The notes beneath the pieces were generated by a model. That model did no database searches, had not been told where the DNA came from, and saw only the letters and a list, made by a program, of their open reading frames with translations. The translations under genes were made by a program, and so were the position numbers. Source: an uncultured Candidatus Saccharibacteria bacterium (GTDB lineage Bacteria; Patescibacteriota; Dojkabacteria; SC72). Taken from it: a stretch of 64,000 nt of DNA. Within the stretch, counting starts at the first letter, position 1. Every line of letters begins with the position of its first letter. Shown one piece after another: positions 10,601-19,869 of this stretch. Location: contig CAYZNW010000001.1 in NCBI GenBank assembly GCA_964480345.1, positions 82,137-146,136 of the forward strand, given 5' to 3'.

Positions 10601-11477
10601 AGAGCTTTTTGAAGCTAGAACTCCAAAAGCGGAAGCAGAGCTTACCTCTGTAAATGGTAAAGTCCATATTGATGTTGCAGAAGATGAATCAGCTACAATC
10701 ATTATCACAGGAGACAAACAGTTTACTAAATACTATGTAGTATCCAAAGCTAAGAATATTCTTGTAGAAGATGGACAGGATGTAAAATCTTCACAAGTTA
10801 TGTTCATAGATGAATATGAAAATGAGAAACAAGCTCCATTTGATGGAAAGATAAGTATTGAAGGAGGGATATTAACTATAATAGGTAGTATGAAAGCAGA
10901 GGAAACAATCTCAGTATTACCAGGCATTAATATTCTTGTAGAAGATGGAAGTACAGTTAAAGCTGGAACACAATTAACAGAAGGATCTCTTGATCCTAAG
11001 AAACTAGCAGATGTTGCAGGTATTTCAGTTGCACAGAAATACATATTAGATGAAGTGCAGAAAGTATTTAATGAACAGGGTGTCTCTATAGATGATATTC
11101 ATATTGAAATAATATTGAGACAGATGGTCAGATTAGGCAAAGTTATAGATACAGGAGATTCTAGTTACCTAGTAGGTTCTTTGGTAAATAGATTTATGGC
11201 TGATGAGAAGAACAAGGTCTTGGTAGCAGAAGGAAAGAACAAAGCATTAGTTCTTCCTACACTGTTTGGTATTAAGACATCATCTCTTAACACTGAGAGT
11301 TTCCTTTCATCTATCTCTTTCCAAGAGCAGGTAAGAGTTCTTACAAATGCTGCTATACTAGGTAAGACAGACTATCTAAGAGGTATGAAAGAGAATGTCA
11401 TAATTGGAAGACCTATACCTGTAGGAGATGGAGCTGAAATAAAAGATGTAACATCTCTAGAAGAGTTTAAAAATTAG
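7590..11477 (+). CDS. rpoC: DNA-directed RNA polymerase subunit beta'
   Basis: Zn-finger CxxC...CxxC at the N-terminus, the NADFDGDQM catalytic loop, and the trigger loop/bridge helix region. The ORF-track start at 7590 has a GGAGG 9 nt upstream but overlaps rpoB by 17 nt. An alternative ATG at 7617 (MGDFDVLK) removes the overlap. Confidence 0.96.
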   Translation: MMKRNNKTKMGDFDVLKITLASPDEILDWSYGEVTKAETINYRTFRAEPDGLFCEKIFGPTKNYECYCGKYKKIRYKGIVCDKCGVEVTSQDVRRERMGHIELAIPVAHVWYAYGIPNKMSIVLDIPHKKILSVIYYTRYMVVSADTEQREATIVKARDLKEVEVKELHNELEEELKATTDTFDAEMKEEKKAKKKGKEFKVSQLEHKRNQALAKVRKDYAEREEEIEVFYSKIIQILEKLEVGTVLSEDEYSDLADRDLLFFEAMMGAEAIEKLLENLDLNEEIAKLRQKLSNEKGEKRLASIRRMQYLEGFLKNDIKPSWMVIKTLPVLPPELRPIIPLSGGKFATSDLNDLYRRIINRNNRLKKLIEIGAPDVILRNEKRMLQESVDSLIDNSHRPSKAMMNSKRLPYQSLTDDLRGKKGIFRKNLLGKRVDYSGRAVIDGDPSLKFDQCGLPKSIALEMFKPFVIYQLLDRELAPNVRVAKDLLEEESDVIWDILEDVIRNKPVLLNRAPTLHKYSVQAFYPRLVEGEAIRIHPLVCKAFNADFDGDQMAVHILLTDEAVEEAKKEMMSSLNIVNISNGQVLASPAREMLIGYYMMTDLSERKSPKIFPTENSAVKAYERGNITIDEEIVVKAKGEVLHTSVGRVIFNSILPEKYPFINKQIDVKAVKNIIDDIKNNEEISELVRILDDLKLLGFKYSTDLGFSFAMEDCNVDFDLESEIKKMEQKDEQLQENYLQGLMTKKEKINISTNMWDDFSTELADKAWEKLDKHNSIFQMVDSGGNGGKIQARQVLTIKGVVRDSRGNWVAMPIKSNYRDGLSAFEYFVAANGGRKGVADRSLKTSSSGYLTRKLVDVAHDVIIREEDCGYDGEGLPVRRADDRRIDFKDRIYGRVLAQDVVLGKEVVAKKNEMISPEVAELIDSKGIDEIFVRTPLLCESPLGMCKKCYGLNLENNKEIDMGRAVGVIAAQSIGEPGTQMTMQTFHKGGVQKVDITQGLPRVEELFEARTPKAEAELTSVNGKVHIDVAEDESATIIITGDKQFTKYYVVSKAKNILVEDGQDVKSSQVMFIDEYENEKQAPFDGKISIEGGILTIIGSMKAEETISVLPGINILVEDGSTVKAGTQLTEGSLDPKKLADVAGISVAQKYILDEVQKVFNEQGVSIDDIHIEIILRQMVRLGKVIDTGDSSYLVGSLVNRFMADEKNKVLVAEGKNKALVLPTLFGIKTSSLNTESFLSSISFQEQVRVLTNAAILGKTDYLRGMKENVIIGRPIPVGDGAEIKDVTSLEEFKN

Positions 11478-11501
11478 TTGATTTGATATATAATAAGCGC
11501 T

Positions 11502-11921
11502 ATGCCGACAATAAATCAGTTAGTAAGAAAACCTAGGAAATCAAGTCTAAAGAAAGCCAAACATATTCAGTTGGGCAGAGACTTCAATCCTTTGAAAAAC
11601 AGATACAAGAAAACAGCAAACCCTTTTAAACGAGGTGTATGTTTGCAGGTTAAAACTATGACTCCTAAGAAACCTAACTCAGCTTTACGAAAAGTTGCAA
11701 AAGTTAGAATGTCTAACGGTATGGAAGTCACAGCATATATTCCTGGTGAAGGTCATAATCTTCAGGAGCACTCAGTTGTTTTACTGAAGGCTGGAAGAAA
11801 AAGAGACTTACCAGGTGTTAAATATATTGTTGTAAGAGGTAAGTATGATGCTGCAGGTGTAAAAGATAGGAAGAAGGCAAGATCAAAGTATGGAGTTAAG
11901 AGAGAAAGTTCCGATAAATAG
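11502..11921 (+). CDS. rpsL: 30S ribosomal protein S12
   Basis: [12 protein letters not shown]... and the [11 protein letters not shown] motif typical of uS12. Confidence 0.95.
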   Translation: MPTINQLVRKPRKSSLKKAKHIQLGRDFNPLKNRYKKTANPFKRGVCLQVKTMTPKKPNSALRKVAKVRMSNGMEVTAYIPGEGHNLQEHSVVLLKAGRKRDLPGVKYIVVRGKYDAAGVKDRKKARSKYGVKRESSDK

Positions 11922-11947
11922 TATTTTTAATTGTAATTTAATAAATA

Positions 11948-12418
11948 ATGAGAGGAAAGAGAGCTAAAAGAAGACCACAGAAAATTGATAGGAAATATGG
12001 CAGTCCTGTTATTGCAAGATTCATAAGTAAAGTAATGCAAGATGGAAAAAGAAGTATTGCAGAGAATTTAGTATATGATGCAGTAGAGGGTGGTGCAGAG
12101 GTAGTAAAAGAAAAAGATATCGCTTTGTTTGTAAATAAAGCAATTGATAGTGTAAGACCATCATTAGAGATTAAGGCTAGGAGAGTTGGTGGAGCAAACT
12201 ATCAGGTACCTATGCCTGTTTCTCCTAGAAGACAGGAAACTTTAGCAGTCAGATGGATTGTAGATGTTTCAAGAAACAAGGGTGGTAAATCTTTTGATAA
12301 AATTCTGATGGATGAGTTAGTAAGTGCATATAAGGGTGAGGGTGATGCAGTAAGAAAGAAGGAAGAGACTGAGAGAATGGCAGAGGCTAATAAAGCGTTT
12401 GCTCATTTCAGATGGTAA
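11948..12418 (+). CDS. rpsG: 30S ribosomal protein S7
   Basis: The 156-aa protein has uS7 blocks (DPKYGSPVIARFI..., VGGANYQVPMPV, RMAEANKAFAHFRW). Confidence 0.95.
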   Translation: MRGKRAKRRPQKIDRKYGSPVIARFISKVMQDGKRSIAENLVYDAVEGGAEVVKEKDIALFVNKAIDSVRPSLEIKARRVGGANYQVPMPVSPRRQETLAVRWIVDVSRNKGGKSFDKILMDELVSAYKGEGDAVRKKEETERMAEANKAFAHFRW

Positions 12419-12441
12419 ATCATTAATGTGTATGTATGAGG

Positions 12442-12474
12442 AAGAGAGGTGTATGCCTCTCTTTTTTATTTTGT
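12442..12474 (+). terminator. Rho-independent terminator after rpsG
   Basis: An 8-bp stem AAGAGAGG/CCTCTCTT with the 6-nt loop tgtatg, followed by TTTTTTATTTT. Confidence 0.6.
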
Positions 12475-13407
12475 ACTTAATATCCTTTCCCAACCATCTT
12501 TCGGCATCCCTTTCCTTAAAATACCTCTCTCCCAAAATATTACTATCCATGTAATTAACCTAGTAGGGAATAGCAGTAAAGACCACCATAACTGTTTAAT
12601 ATTTTTTGCGTATTTAAGTACAAACCATGTATATTTCAACTCTATTAGAAAACTCCTAGATTGTTTATCTCTCTTAAATATTCCCATCCTTTTAAGTTGA
12701 GTGAATCCTCCTAACGATCGAACTTTCTGTTTTAAGTAATCTTTGAAATTAGTAGGATATTTAACATAGCAGAGGGCTTTTGGAGCATAAGCTATCTCTT
12801 TACCCATATTCCTTATAGTATATGAGATATAGGCATCATCTGAGAGAACATCAGAAGGAATCTTAAGGTCATAGTTTCTCACTGCCATGATATACCCACT
12901 CATAGGGAAGAACTTTCTTTCACTTACATAACATACTCCGTCCTCTAAACATATTGATTGTTTAATTCTTCTATCATGTGCAGAGTCAGAAAGAAGATGA
13001 CCCCAATAGCCATATTTCGTATCTAAGCTGTCTCGAGAGACAGGCCGTCCACTTACTCCTCCCACCTTATCGTTCTCAAAAGGCTTAATTAACTGTTTAA
13101 CAGAGCCTTTCTCAAAGTATGTATCCCCATCTGTAAGTATAATGATATCTCCCTTCGCTTTCTTCAATGCCATCTTTAGTGCGTACGGTTTACCTTTTGT
13201 AGGATCCACTATCTGTATAAATTGCTTCTTGGAAAGTTTAAGTTTGTAAGCCTCTTTCTTACCAGCTTTCAATGTTGGAGCATCTGGAGAAACCTGAATT
13301 ATTTCAAAAGGTGAAGTAATACCTGAATACTTTCGACTTGCTATAGAAGATATACATCTTCCGATACTGTTGGGTTCTTTAAAGGACGCTATAATTACAC
13401 TAATCAT
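12466..13407 (-). CDS. Family 2 glycosyltransferase (dolichyl-phosphate sugar transferase-like)
   Basis: GT2 motifs IIASFKEPNSIGRCISS and DGDTYFEKGSVKQLIKPF (D-x-D region), with two C-terminal TM helices. The ORF track extends the gene to 13491 with a basic, unlikely leader. The internal ATG at 13407 (MISVIIASF...) is the more plausible start and avoids overlapping rplY. Confidence 0.6.
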   Translation of the reverse strand: MISVIIASFKEPNSIGRCISSIASRKYSGITSPFEIIQVSPDAPTLKAGKKEAYKLKLSKKQFIQIVDPTKGKPYALKMALKKAKGDIIILTDGDTYFEKGSVKQLIKPFENDKVGGVSGRPVSRDSLDTKYGYWGHLLSDSAHDRRIKQSICLEDGVCYVSERKFFPMSGYIMAVRNYDLKIPSDVLSDDAYISYTIRNMGKEIAYAPKALCYVKYPTNFKDYLKQKVRSLGGFTQLKRMGIFKRDKQSRSFLIELKYTWFVLKYAKNIKQLWWSLLLFPTRLITWIVIFWERGILRKGMPKDGWERILSTK

Positions 13408-13423
13408 ATAAAATGATAATATA

Positions 13424-14086
13424 TTATTCTTCCTTTGTCTCTTCCTGTGCTGCTTCTTCTGTAGCTTCGCCCTCTTGTGCTTCTTCCTCACCCTCTACTG
13501 CTTCCTCTGTAGGTGTGACAATCTTCTCTTCCTCCTGCATTTCTGTAATTGTAACTACAGTTGCATTCTTCATATCTTCATTTACAAAGGAAATACCCTC
13601 TGGAATATTTAAATCTGAAACAGCAATAGTTTGACCTGGATGTTCGAGTGAAGCAATATCTACTTCTATATAAGGGATTAAATCTTTTACTTTACATCTA
13701 ACCTCTATTGATGGCATTACCTCAACAAGTACTCCTAAGTTATTTTTAACTGCAGGAGATACTCCAATGATATTGAAAGGAATGGAGAATACCATCTCTT
13801 TACTTTCATCGATTTCAAAGAATGCAATATGTCGAATTTCTTCTGTAATAGGGTTGAGATCTATCTCTTTTACTACAACTTTTATCTTTTTCTCTCCAAG
13901 CTCGGCATCTAAAATAGTAGTAGAAGTAGCTTCATTTAAGATTCTTTTTGCTAAAGATGAATCTATCATTATATTTGTAGACTCTGTTTTTGAGTTGTAT
14001 ACAACGGCAGGTGTTTTTCCTTCAGCTAGAAGAACTTTTGTCTTTTTAGCTTTTGGATCTCTTTTTTCGAAAGTTACTTTTTCCAT
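13424..14086 (-). CDS. rplY: 50S ribosomal protein L25 / general stress protein Ctc with acidic C-terminal tail
   Basis: KVTFEKRDPKAKKTKVLLAEGKTPAVVYN... is the L25/Ctc N-domain. A beta-barrel second domain follows. The E/A-rich tail is typical of Ctc-form L25. Confidence 0.75.
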   Translation of the reverse strand: MEKVTFEKRDPKAKKTKVLLAEGKTPAVVYNSKTESTNIMIDSSLAKRILNEATSTTILDAELGEKKIKVVVKEIDLNPITEEIRHIAFFEIDESKEMVFSIPFNIIGVSPAVKNNLGVLVEVMPSIEVRCKVKDLIPYIEVDIASLEHPGQTIAVSDLNIPEGISFVNEDMKNATVVTITEMQEEEKIVTPTEEAVEGEEEAQEGEATEEAAQEETKEE

Positions 14087-14240
14087 TTCAATATAGTATA
14101 TCTATGATTATCTAACTAGGCGAGTATATCAAATTTAATGTAGATGAGCAATATATCTTGATTAATAGTATGTGTACCTTAGTAAGATAAAGCTTTAGAT
14201 ACAGAGGGAAGTAAAGTGTGTATATAGCGTTTTGAAATAC

Positions 14241-14295
14241 TTGACAGTAGGAAAACCATACCATATACTTAGCAGATAATCTTATTCTCTGCTAA
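14241..14295 (+). promoter_or_regulatory. Sigma70-like promoter (TTGACA-N17-TATACT) overlapped by CIRCE-like HrcA operator TTAGCAGAT-N9-CTCTGCTAA
   Basis: TTGACA at 14241-14246 and TATACT at 14264-14269. A 9-N9-9 inverted repeat spans 14269-14295 (8/9 complementary). It resembles the CIRCE consensus TTAGCACTC-N9-GAGTGCTAA and sits immediately before the hrcA ATG (14297). Confidence 0.6.
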
Positions 14296-14296
14296 A

Positions 14297-15022
14297 ATGG
14301 ATTTAACAGAAAGACAGAAAGAGATACTTCTAGCGATAATCCGTGAGTTTATGGAAGAGCCAGAAGAAGTAGGATCATTGGAGCTCGTTGAAAAATATGA
14401 TTTGGGTGTAAGCTCTGCAACTATTCGTAATGAGATGGTGAAGCTAATGAGTTTAGGTTTACTTGAGAAAAGCCATGCTTCCTCAGGTAGACTACCTACA
14501 GATCAAGCACTTAGACTGTATGTGTCAAATGTGCTTGCAAACGGTACTCTAAACCCATTAATCTCTGTAGAAATTCGTCAAGGAATCTTTAGAGACAGAT
14601 TCTCTAAAGAGGTTATGGTGAATTCGATACTAGAGATTTTGGCGAAGGAAACCGAATCTTTAGTATTCATTATTCTTGATGATGAAATCAGATATTACGG
14701 TATGTCTAATATCTTGAAATATGAAGAGTTTAGAAATGTAGACAGAATTCAGACTATCTTTAATATATTGGAAGACAGAAGCTTTTTACCTAATCTAGTT
14801 GAGAAATACTCTAGCTCAGGAGTTTCTTTGCTCATTGGTAAAGAGTCTGGAATTGCTAATTTGTCTGAGTGTGCATTAGCTTTCATAAAAATACCATTTT
14901 GGGGTAAAGAGAAAGCATATGTTGGAATAGTAGGATCTAAGAGGATGGATTATTCAAAAATAATACCGATTTTAGATGAGGTAAGAGGTTCTTTAGAATC
15001 ATCTATGTCCGGTTGGAATTAA
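14297..15022 (+). CDS. hrcA: Heat-inducible transcription repressor HrcA (short form, 241 aa)
   Basis: The N-terminal winged-helix block reads LTERQKEILLAIIREFMEEPEEVGSLELVEKYDLGVSSATIRNEMVKLMSLGLLEKSHASSGRLPTDQALRLYV. The gene is followed by grpE-dnaK and preceded by a CIRCE-like site. Confidence 0.8.
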   Translation: MDLTERQKEILLAIIREFMEEPEEVGSLELVEKYDLGVSSATIRNEMVKLMSLGLLEKSHASSGRLPTDQALRLYVSNVLANGTLNPLISVEIRQGIFRDRFSKEVMVNSILEILAKETESLVFIILDDEIRYYGMSNILKYEEFRNVDRIQTIFNILEDRSFLPNLVEKYSSSGVSLLIGKESGIANLSECALAFIKIPFWGKEKAYVGIVGSKRMDYSKIIPILDEVRGSLESSMSGWN

Positions 15023-15039
15023 AATAACAGGAAATTACA

Positions 15040-15546
15040 ATGAAAGAGAAAAAAGGATACAAAGAATTAGAAGAACAATTAAAAAAGTTAGCTATTGATA
15101 TAGATAGAGTTGAAGATGAAAAACTTGTTGTTGAGAATCAATTAAAGAAAGCTTTAGCTGATTACCATAATCTACTTGGAAGTATTGCTAAAAGAGAAGA
15201 GATTCGTTTCTTTCAACTAAAGAAAGGCTTATGTGAAAATGTCATACCTACTTTAGATGCTGTATCTCTAGCTGTTAAAAGTAGTGAAGAAATGAAATTA
15301 GGTGAGAAAGAGAAATCTTGGATAGATGGAGTAGTTGGAATATTGGAGAATTTGGAAAAAGTATTTGGAGATATTGGATTAAAACAGTACTGTCCTGTAA
15401 AGGGCGATACTTTTGATAGTTCAATACATGAGGCTGTAGCAGTTGTAGAACAAGGTGAAAGTGGAAAAATATTTGATGTCATACAGCCAGGTTACATGAT
15501 TAATGACGATGTCATACGACAATCAAGAGTCGTAGTATCGAAATAG
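15040..15546 (+). CDS. grpE: Nucleotide exchange factor GrpE
   Basis: An N-terminal coiled-coil and the C-terminal beta-domain KGDTFDSSIHEAVAVVEQGESGKIFDVIQPGYMINDDVIRQSRVVVSK. Located between hrcA and dnaK. Confidence 0.85.
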   Translation: MKEKKGYKELEEQLKKLAIDIDRVEDEKLVVENQLKKALADYHNLLGSIAKREEIRFFQLKKGLCENVIPTLDAVSLAVKSSEEMKLGEKEKSWIDGVVGILENLEKVFGDIGLKQYCPVKGDTFDSSIHEAVAVVEQGESGKIFDVIQPGYMINDDVIRQSRVVVSK

Positions 15547-15571
15547 TAAATAAATTTTAATAAATATAAAT

Positions 15572-17470
15572 ATGGGAAAAATAATAGGAATAGACTTAGG
15601 TACAACAAACTCTGCCATGGCATACATGGAGGGTGGAAAACCAAACATAATTGCTAACTCACAGGGTGGAAGATTAACTCCATCTATAGTTGCAGAAGAT
15701 GACAAAGGAGAGGTCTTAGTTGGAACTCCTGCAAAGAACCAAGCAGTTATGAACCCAGAGGGAACAATTTACTCAGTTAAGAGGTTGATTGGTAGAAGCT
15801 GGGATGATCCAGAAGTGGTGAAAGACAAAAAATTGTTACCGTTTGAAATGAGAAAAGCTTCAAATGGTGGAATAGAGGTCAAGATGGGAAGTAAATGGTA
15901 TACACCTCAGGAAATTTCTGCAAAAGTTCTATCTAAGATGAAAAATGATGCAGAGGAATTTCTAGGAGAGAAAGTTACTGAAGCAGTAATAACTGTACCA
16001 GCATACTTTGACGACTCACAGAGACAAGCTACTAAAGATGCAGGAAAGATTGCAGGTTTAGATGTAAAAAGAATAGTCAATGAGCCTACTGCAGCAGCTT
16101 TAGCATACGGAATCGAGAAAGGTAAAGATGAGAAAGTCGCAGTATTTGACTTAGGTGGAGGTACATTTGATATCTCTATCTTAGAAATGGGAGATGGAGT
16201 CTTTGAGGTTCTCTCTACAAATGGTGATACTCATCTAGGAGGAGATGACTTTGACCAAGTAATTATTGATCATCTTGCAGATCTGTTTAAGAACAAAGAG
16301 GGATTTGATTTGAGAACAGATAGAACAGCTTTACAAAGATTGAGAGAGGGTGCAGAGAAAGCTAAGATAGAATTATCTACTACAGAAGAGACAGAGATAA
16401 ATATTCCATACATTACAGCAACAGATAAAGGACCAAAGCACTTGAAGGAGAAGTTAACTAGATCAGAGTTAGAGAAATTAACCTCTAGTTTGATTGCTAA
16501 GACAGTTGAACCTTGTGAAAAAGCATTGAAAGATGCAAAGTTAGATAAGGGTGATATTAATGAAGTCTTACTTGTAGGAGGAATGTCTAGAATGCCTGCA
16601 ATTCAAAAGAAAGTTACTGAGATATTTGGTAAAGAACCAAACAAAGGAGTAAATCCTGACGAAGTAGTAGCTTTAGGTGCAGCAATTCAAGGTGGAGTAT
16701 TAGGAGGAGATGTAAAAGATATTACACTTCTTGATGTAACTCCTCTATCTCTTGGACTTGAGACTCTTGGTGGTATTATGACTAGATTGATAGATAGAAA
16801 TACAACTATTCCTGTAGAGAAGAAACAGATCTTTTCAACTGCAGCAGATAACCAACCAGCAGTAGAGATTCATATTCTTCAAGGAGAGAGAGAAATGGCA
16901 AGCGATAACAAGACTTTAGGAAGATTTGTCTTAGATGGAATACCATCTGCTCCAAGAGGAGTCCCACAAATTGAAGTATCTTTCTCAATAGATGCTAATG
17001 GAATATTAAATGTAAAAGCTGTGGATCTTGCTACAAAGAAAGAGCAGAAGATTACAATTACAGCATCTACAGGTTTGAAAGAGGAGGAAATAAATAAGAT
17101 GGTAGAAGAGGCAGAAAAGAACGCAGATGAAGATAAGAAGAAGAAAGAAAGGGCGGAGAAGAGAAATGATGCAGATACACTCTCATTTAATGCATTAAAG
17201 ATGATAGAGGATAACGGTGAGAAGATAGAAGAAGCTCAGAAGGAAGATATTAAGAAGAAAGCAGAAGAATTAAAAGAGATGATTAGTAAAGAAGATTTCG
17301 ATCTTGAGGAAGTAGATAAGAAATCTGAAGAGCTAAGTAAGGTGATGCAAGAGGTAGGCAAAAAGATGTATGAAGATGCAGCAAAAGAATCTGCAGAGAA
17401 GAGCGAATCTCAGCCATCAGAAGAGGGTGAGAAGAAAGAAGATGTCAAAGAGGGTGAAGTTGTAGAGTAA
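15572..17470 (+). CDS. dnaK: Molecular chaperone DnaK (Hsp70)
   Basis: [26 protein letters not shown], and an acidic/lid C-terminus. 632 aa. Confidence 0.97.
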   Translation: MGKIIGIDLGTTNSAMAYMEGGKPNIIANSQGGRLTPSIVAEDDKGEVLVGTPAKNQAVMNPEGTIYSVKRLIGRSWDDPEVVKDKKLLPFEMRKASNGGIEVKMGSKWYTPQEISAKVLSKMKNDAEEFLGEKVTEAVITVPAYFDDSQRQATKDAGKIAGLDVKRIVNEPTAAALAYGIEKGKDEKVAVFDLGGGTFDISILEMGDGVFEVLSTNGDTHLGGDDFDQVIIDHLADLFKNKEGFDLRTDRTALQRLREGAEKAKIELSTTEETEINIPYITATDKGPKHLKEKLTRSELEKLTSSLIAKTVEPCEKALKDAKLDKGDINEVLLVGGMSRMPAIQKKVTEIFGKEPNKGVNPDEVVALGAAIQGGVLGGDVKDITLLDVTPLSLGLETLGGIMTRLIDRNTTIPVEKKQIFSTAADNQPAVEIHILQGEREMASDNKTLGRFVLDGIPSAPRGVPQIEVSFSIDANGILNVKAVDLATKKEQKITITASTGLKEEEINKMVEEAEKNADEDKKKKERAEKRNDADTLSFNALKMIEDNGEKIEEAQKEDIKKKAEELKEMISKEDFDLEEVDKKSEELSKVMQEVGKKMYEDAAKESAEKSESQPSEEGEKKEDVKEGEVVE

Positions 17471-17491
17471 TTCTCTAAGATAGATTCGGAA

Positions 17492-17520
17492 AAGGGAGGT
17501 GTTGGCCTCCCTTTTTTTTT
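17492..17520 (+). terminator. Rho-independent terminator after dnaK
   Basis: A stem AAGGGAGG/CCTCCCTT with loop tgttgg, followed by a T9 run ending at 17520. Confidence 0.65.
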
Positions 17521-19869
17521 ATGCTAACATCTATCGATAATAATATATTTACCTGCCCAATTATGTCAGAAGATCAAAAAGAGAACCTATCAGATAGTTC
17601 GAAAATTAGTAGGATACAAAGATATTTACTGTATATCTTAGCTTTCATATTACCTCTCGCAATTATTCCACTCCCTTGGGATTGGAACGAAATTCCTATG
17701 TCTTTATGTATCCTCTCATTTACTGTAGTTATTTTAGCTCTTGAGATTGTTAAACTAGTGAAGAGTGGGAAGATTACAATACTTAAATCATCTCTAGATT
17801 TATCTGTCTTTTTACTTCTCTCCTCATATATCCTATCTACACTTTTTTCTAAAGATATAAATAGTAGCTTATGGGGAGTAGATCATAGATTAGGAAACGG
17901 TTTAATACTATTTATTGCAATAATAGCGTTGGCTTTTCTTGCTAGATCTTTCATAAGAGACCTACGACATATTAAAATGTTTTTCTTCTCTTTCACAATA
18001 GGGCTTTTGATAGACAATATCCTTAGTATGCTTGCTTTCTTCGATATCAATATCTGGTCGATTCTTCCTGTATATAAAGATATGTTCCAAGAAGGATTGC
18101 CTGTATTAAGATCTGCAAAAATATATATTCTTACAAATGCAACCAGTCTTCTAATGGCTTTCGGCTTCATAGGAGAGTACATAATCTCAAAAGGTAAAAA
18201 GAGTGTGATGTTGATCTCATTACTTACGGCCTTACTATCTGCTATTGGCATTGTTATGTTCTCAATAGTACAAGGTACAGGTTTAGTAATATTCTTCTTG
18301 TTACTCTTCGTTGGCATGAATATATTTGTAGTAACAAAATTCAAACTATCTCCTGGCTCATACAAAAACATTTTGGTACTATTCTTACTTACTACATTAG
18401 CAATCACTATTCCGTTTGCCTTGCTTCATATTCCATCATTAAGAGAGAACTGGATACCTGAAGATATCAAACTTGTAGGCCAGGTCTTTCTTGGTGTAGA
18501 TCTATCTTGGGCTATAGCTTCATCTGTATTTGTTAATTCCATACAATCAGCATTTTTAGGATTTGGAGTAGACACATACTCTATTGCATACAATATGTTT
18601 AAACCTGTAACTACTACTCTCTTGCCTTACAACACAGTAACTTTCTACAGTGCAGGAAGTGAAATATTTACGAATTTTACTAATGGAGGATTGTTCTGGC
18701 TTTTCTGCTGGGGTTTCCTAGGTTATTCCGTAGTTAGATCTCTGATTAATGATTTTAAGAAATTGAAACTAAGTACAGACAAAGTGAATACTTGGTATCT
18801 GTTAATATCTGATTCCATAATTGTACTGATTTTTGGATCCTCTCTCTTTACATCATTCTCTGTAATAAATGTCTTACTTCTGATTCTGATGATCTCAGTT
18901 AGAGGAATTCTAAAAGACATACTAAGTGACGGAAAAGAAGAGAAATTCGTCTTTAAATTATGGGCAGGGAATGTATCTACATCTGTTGAAGAAAAAAACA
19001 AATTTAGAAATACATACATAATACTGTATGTTCTAATCATGTTTGTTACCTTATTCTTCTTAAGAATATGGGTTTGGAAGTTAGTATCAAATATGTATAT
19101 GTTAAGAGCAGAGGCATACTACTCTGTAGAGAAAGATAAGATAGAGAATCCTAAAGTGTCGTATGAGGAGAAAGAAGCAATTGCAGATAGAATGATTTCT
19201 TACTATATAAATGCTGTTAAATATGATGAGAAGAATCCACATGCTCATAGAAAGCTCGCCATGATGTATATGGATAAAGTTAATGTTGGAGTAAGGAAGT
19301 ATCTTTCTGTAGCAGAGAATCAAAGAGATTCTAAATTAGCTAATGATATAAACAAGCTAAAAAATTACGCTATAGATTCTTCGAAGAAGAGTTCCGACTT
19401 CTCTGAAAATATTTATGCAAACTGGGAAGCTAGAACTAATGTATATATGGGCCTTGTAGGGGTAGGTTACAATGATTTCATACAAGACAGTATCAACTCT
19501 ATAGAGAAAGCTGCATCTTTAAATCCTTCTAACTTTGAACTGTATTTTAGTGAAGCTCAGATGTACATCATAAATAAGGATAGAGATAGTGCGCTATCAT
19601 CACTTACAAAAGTATTAGGTATTAATCCTCAGTATATTCCTGGACTTCTTCTCTCTGCAGATTTAAATAAAGAAGCAGGTAGGTTAGATGTATATGAATC
19701 GTATTTACAAGCTGCCAAGAAAATATTAGAAACAAATAATGCTATGGATAGAGATATCTATACAGAGATAGTAAACAAACTTAAAGAATTAGAAAGTAAG
19801 TCTAATACTAATAATACAAATGAAAGTGTTAAAGAAGAAGTAACTAAGCCTAAGCAGAATCAGGAGTAG
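17521..19869 (+). CDS. Polytopic membrane protein, O-antigen ligase/polymerase-like (Wzy_C-like) with C-terminal TPR-like repeats
   Basis: About 12 predicted TM helices across the first 470 aa, then a soluble helical-repeat C-terminal region (Y/A/N-rich, TPR-like). The annotated ATG abuts the dnaK terminator T-run. The second ATG at 17563 (MSEDQKEN...) is the likelier start. Confidence 0.4.
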   Translation: MLTSIDNNIFTCPIMSEDQKENLSDSSKISRIQRYLLYILAFILPLAIIPLPWDWNEIPMSLCILSFTVVILALEIVKLVKSGKITILKSSLDLSVFLLLSSYILSTLFSKDINSSLWGVDHRLGNGLILFIAIIALAFLARSFIRDLRHIKMFFFSFTIGLLIDNILSMLAFFDINIWSILPVYKDMFQEGLPVLRSAKIYILTNATSLLMAFGFIGEYIISKGKKSVMLISLLTALLSAIGIVMFSIVQGTGLVIFFLLLFVGMNIFVVTKFKLSPGSYKNILVLFLLTTLAITIPFALLHIPSLRENWIPEDIKLVGQVFLGVDLSWAIASSVFVNSIQSAFLGFGVDTYSIAYNMFKPVTTTLLPYNTVTFYSAGSEIFTNFTNGGLFWLFCWGFLGYSVVRSLINDFKKLKLSTDKVNTWYLLISDSIIVLIFGSSLFTSFSVINVLLLILMISVRGILKDILSDGKEEKFVFKLWAGNVSTSVEEKNKFRNTYIILYVLIMFVTLFFLRIWVWKLVSNMYMLRAEAYYSVEKDKIENPKVSYEEKEAIADRMISYYINAVKYDEKNPHAHRKLAMMYMDKVNVGVRKYLSVAENQRDSKLANDINKLKNYAIDSSKKSSDFSENIYANWEARTNVYMGLVGVGYNDFIQDSINSIEKAASLNPSNFELYFSEAQMYIINKDRDSALSSLTKVLGINPQYIPGLLLSADLNKEAGRLDVYESYLQAAKKILETNNAMDRDIYTEIVNKLKELESKSNTNNTNESVKEEVTKPKQNQE

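Noticed and set aside
12449-12700. 83-aa plus-strand ORF and the 77-aa minus-strand ORF at 12317-12550
   Set aside because: They overlap the rpsG 3' end, the terminator and the GT2 gene. No support as genes.
4226-17470. Possible inteins in rpoB, rpoC and dnaK
   Set aside because: Protein lengths (1126, 1295 and 632 aa) are canonical with contiguous conserved blocks, so no insertions.
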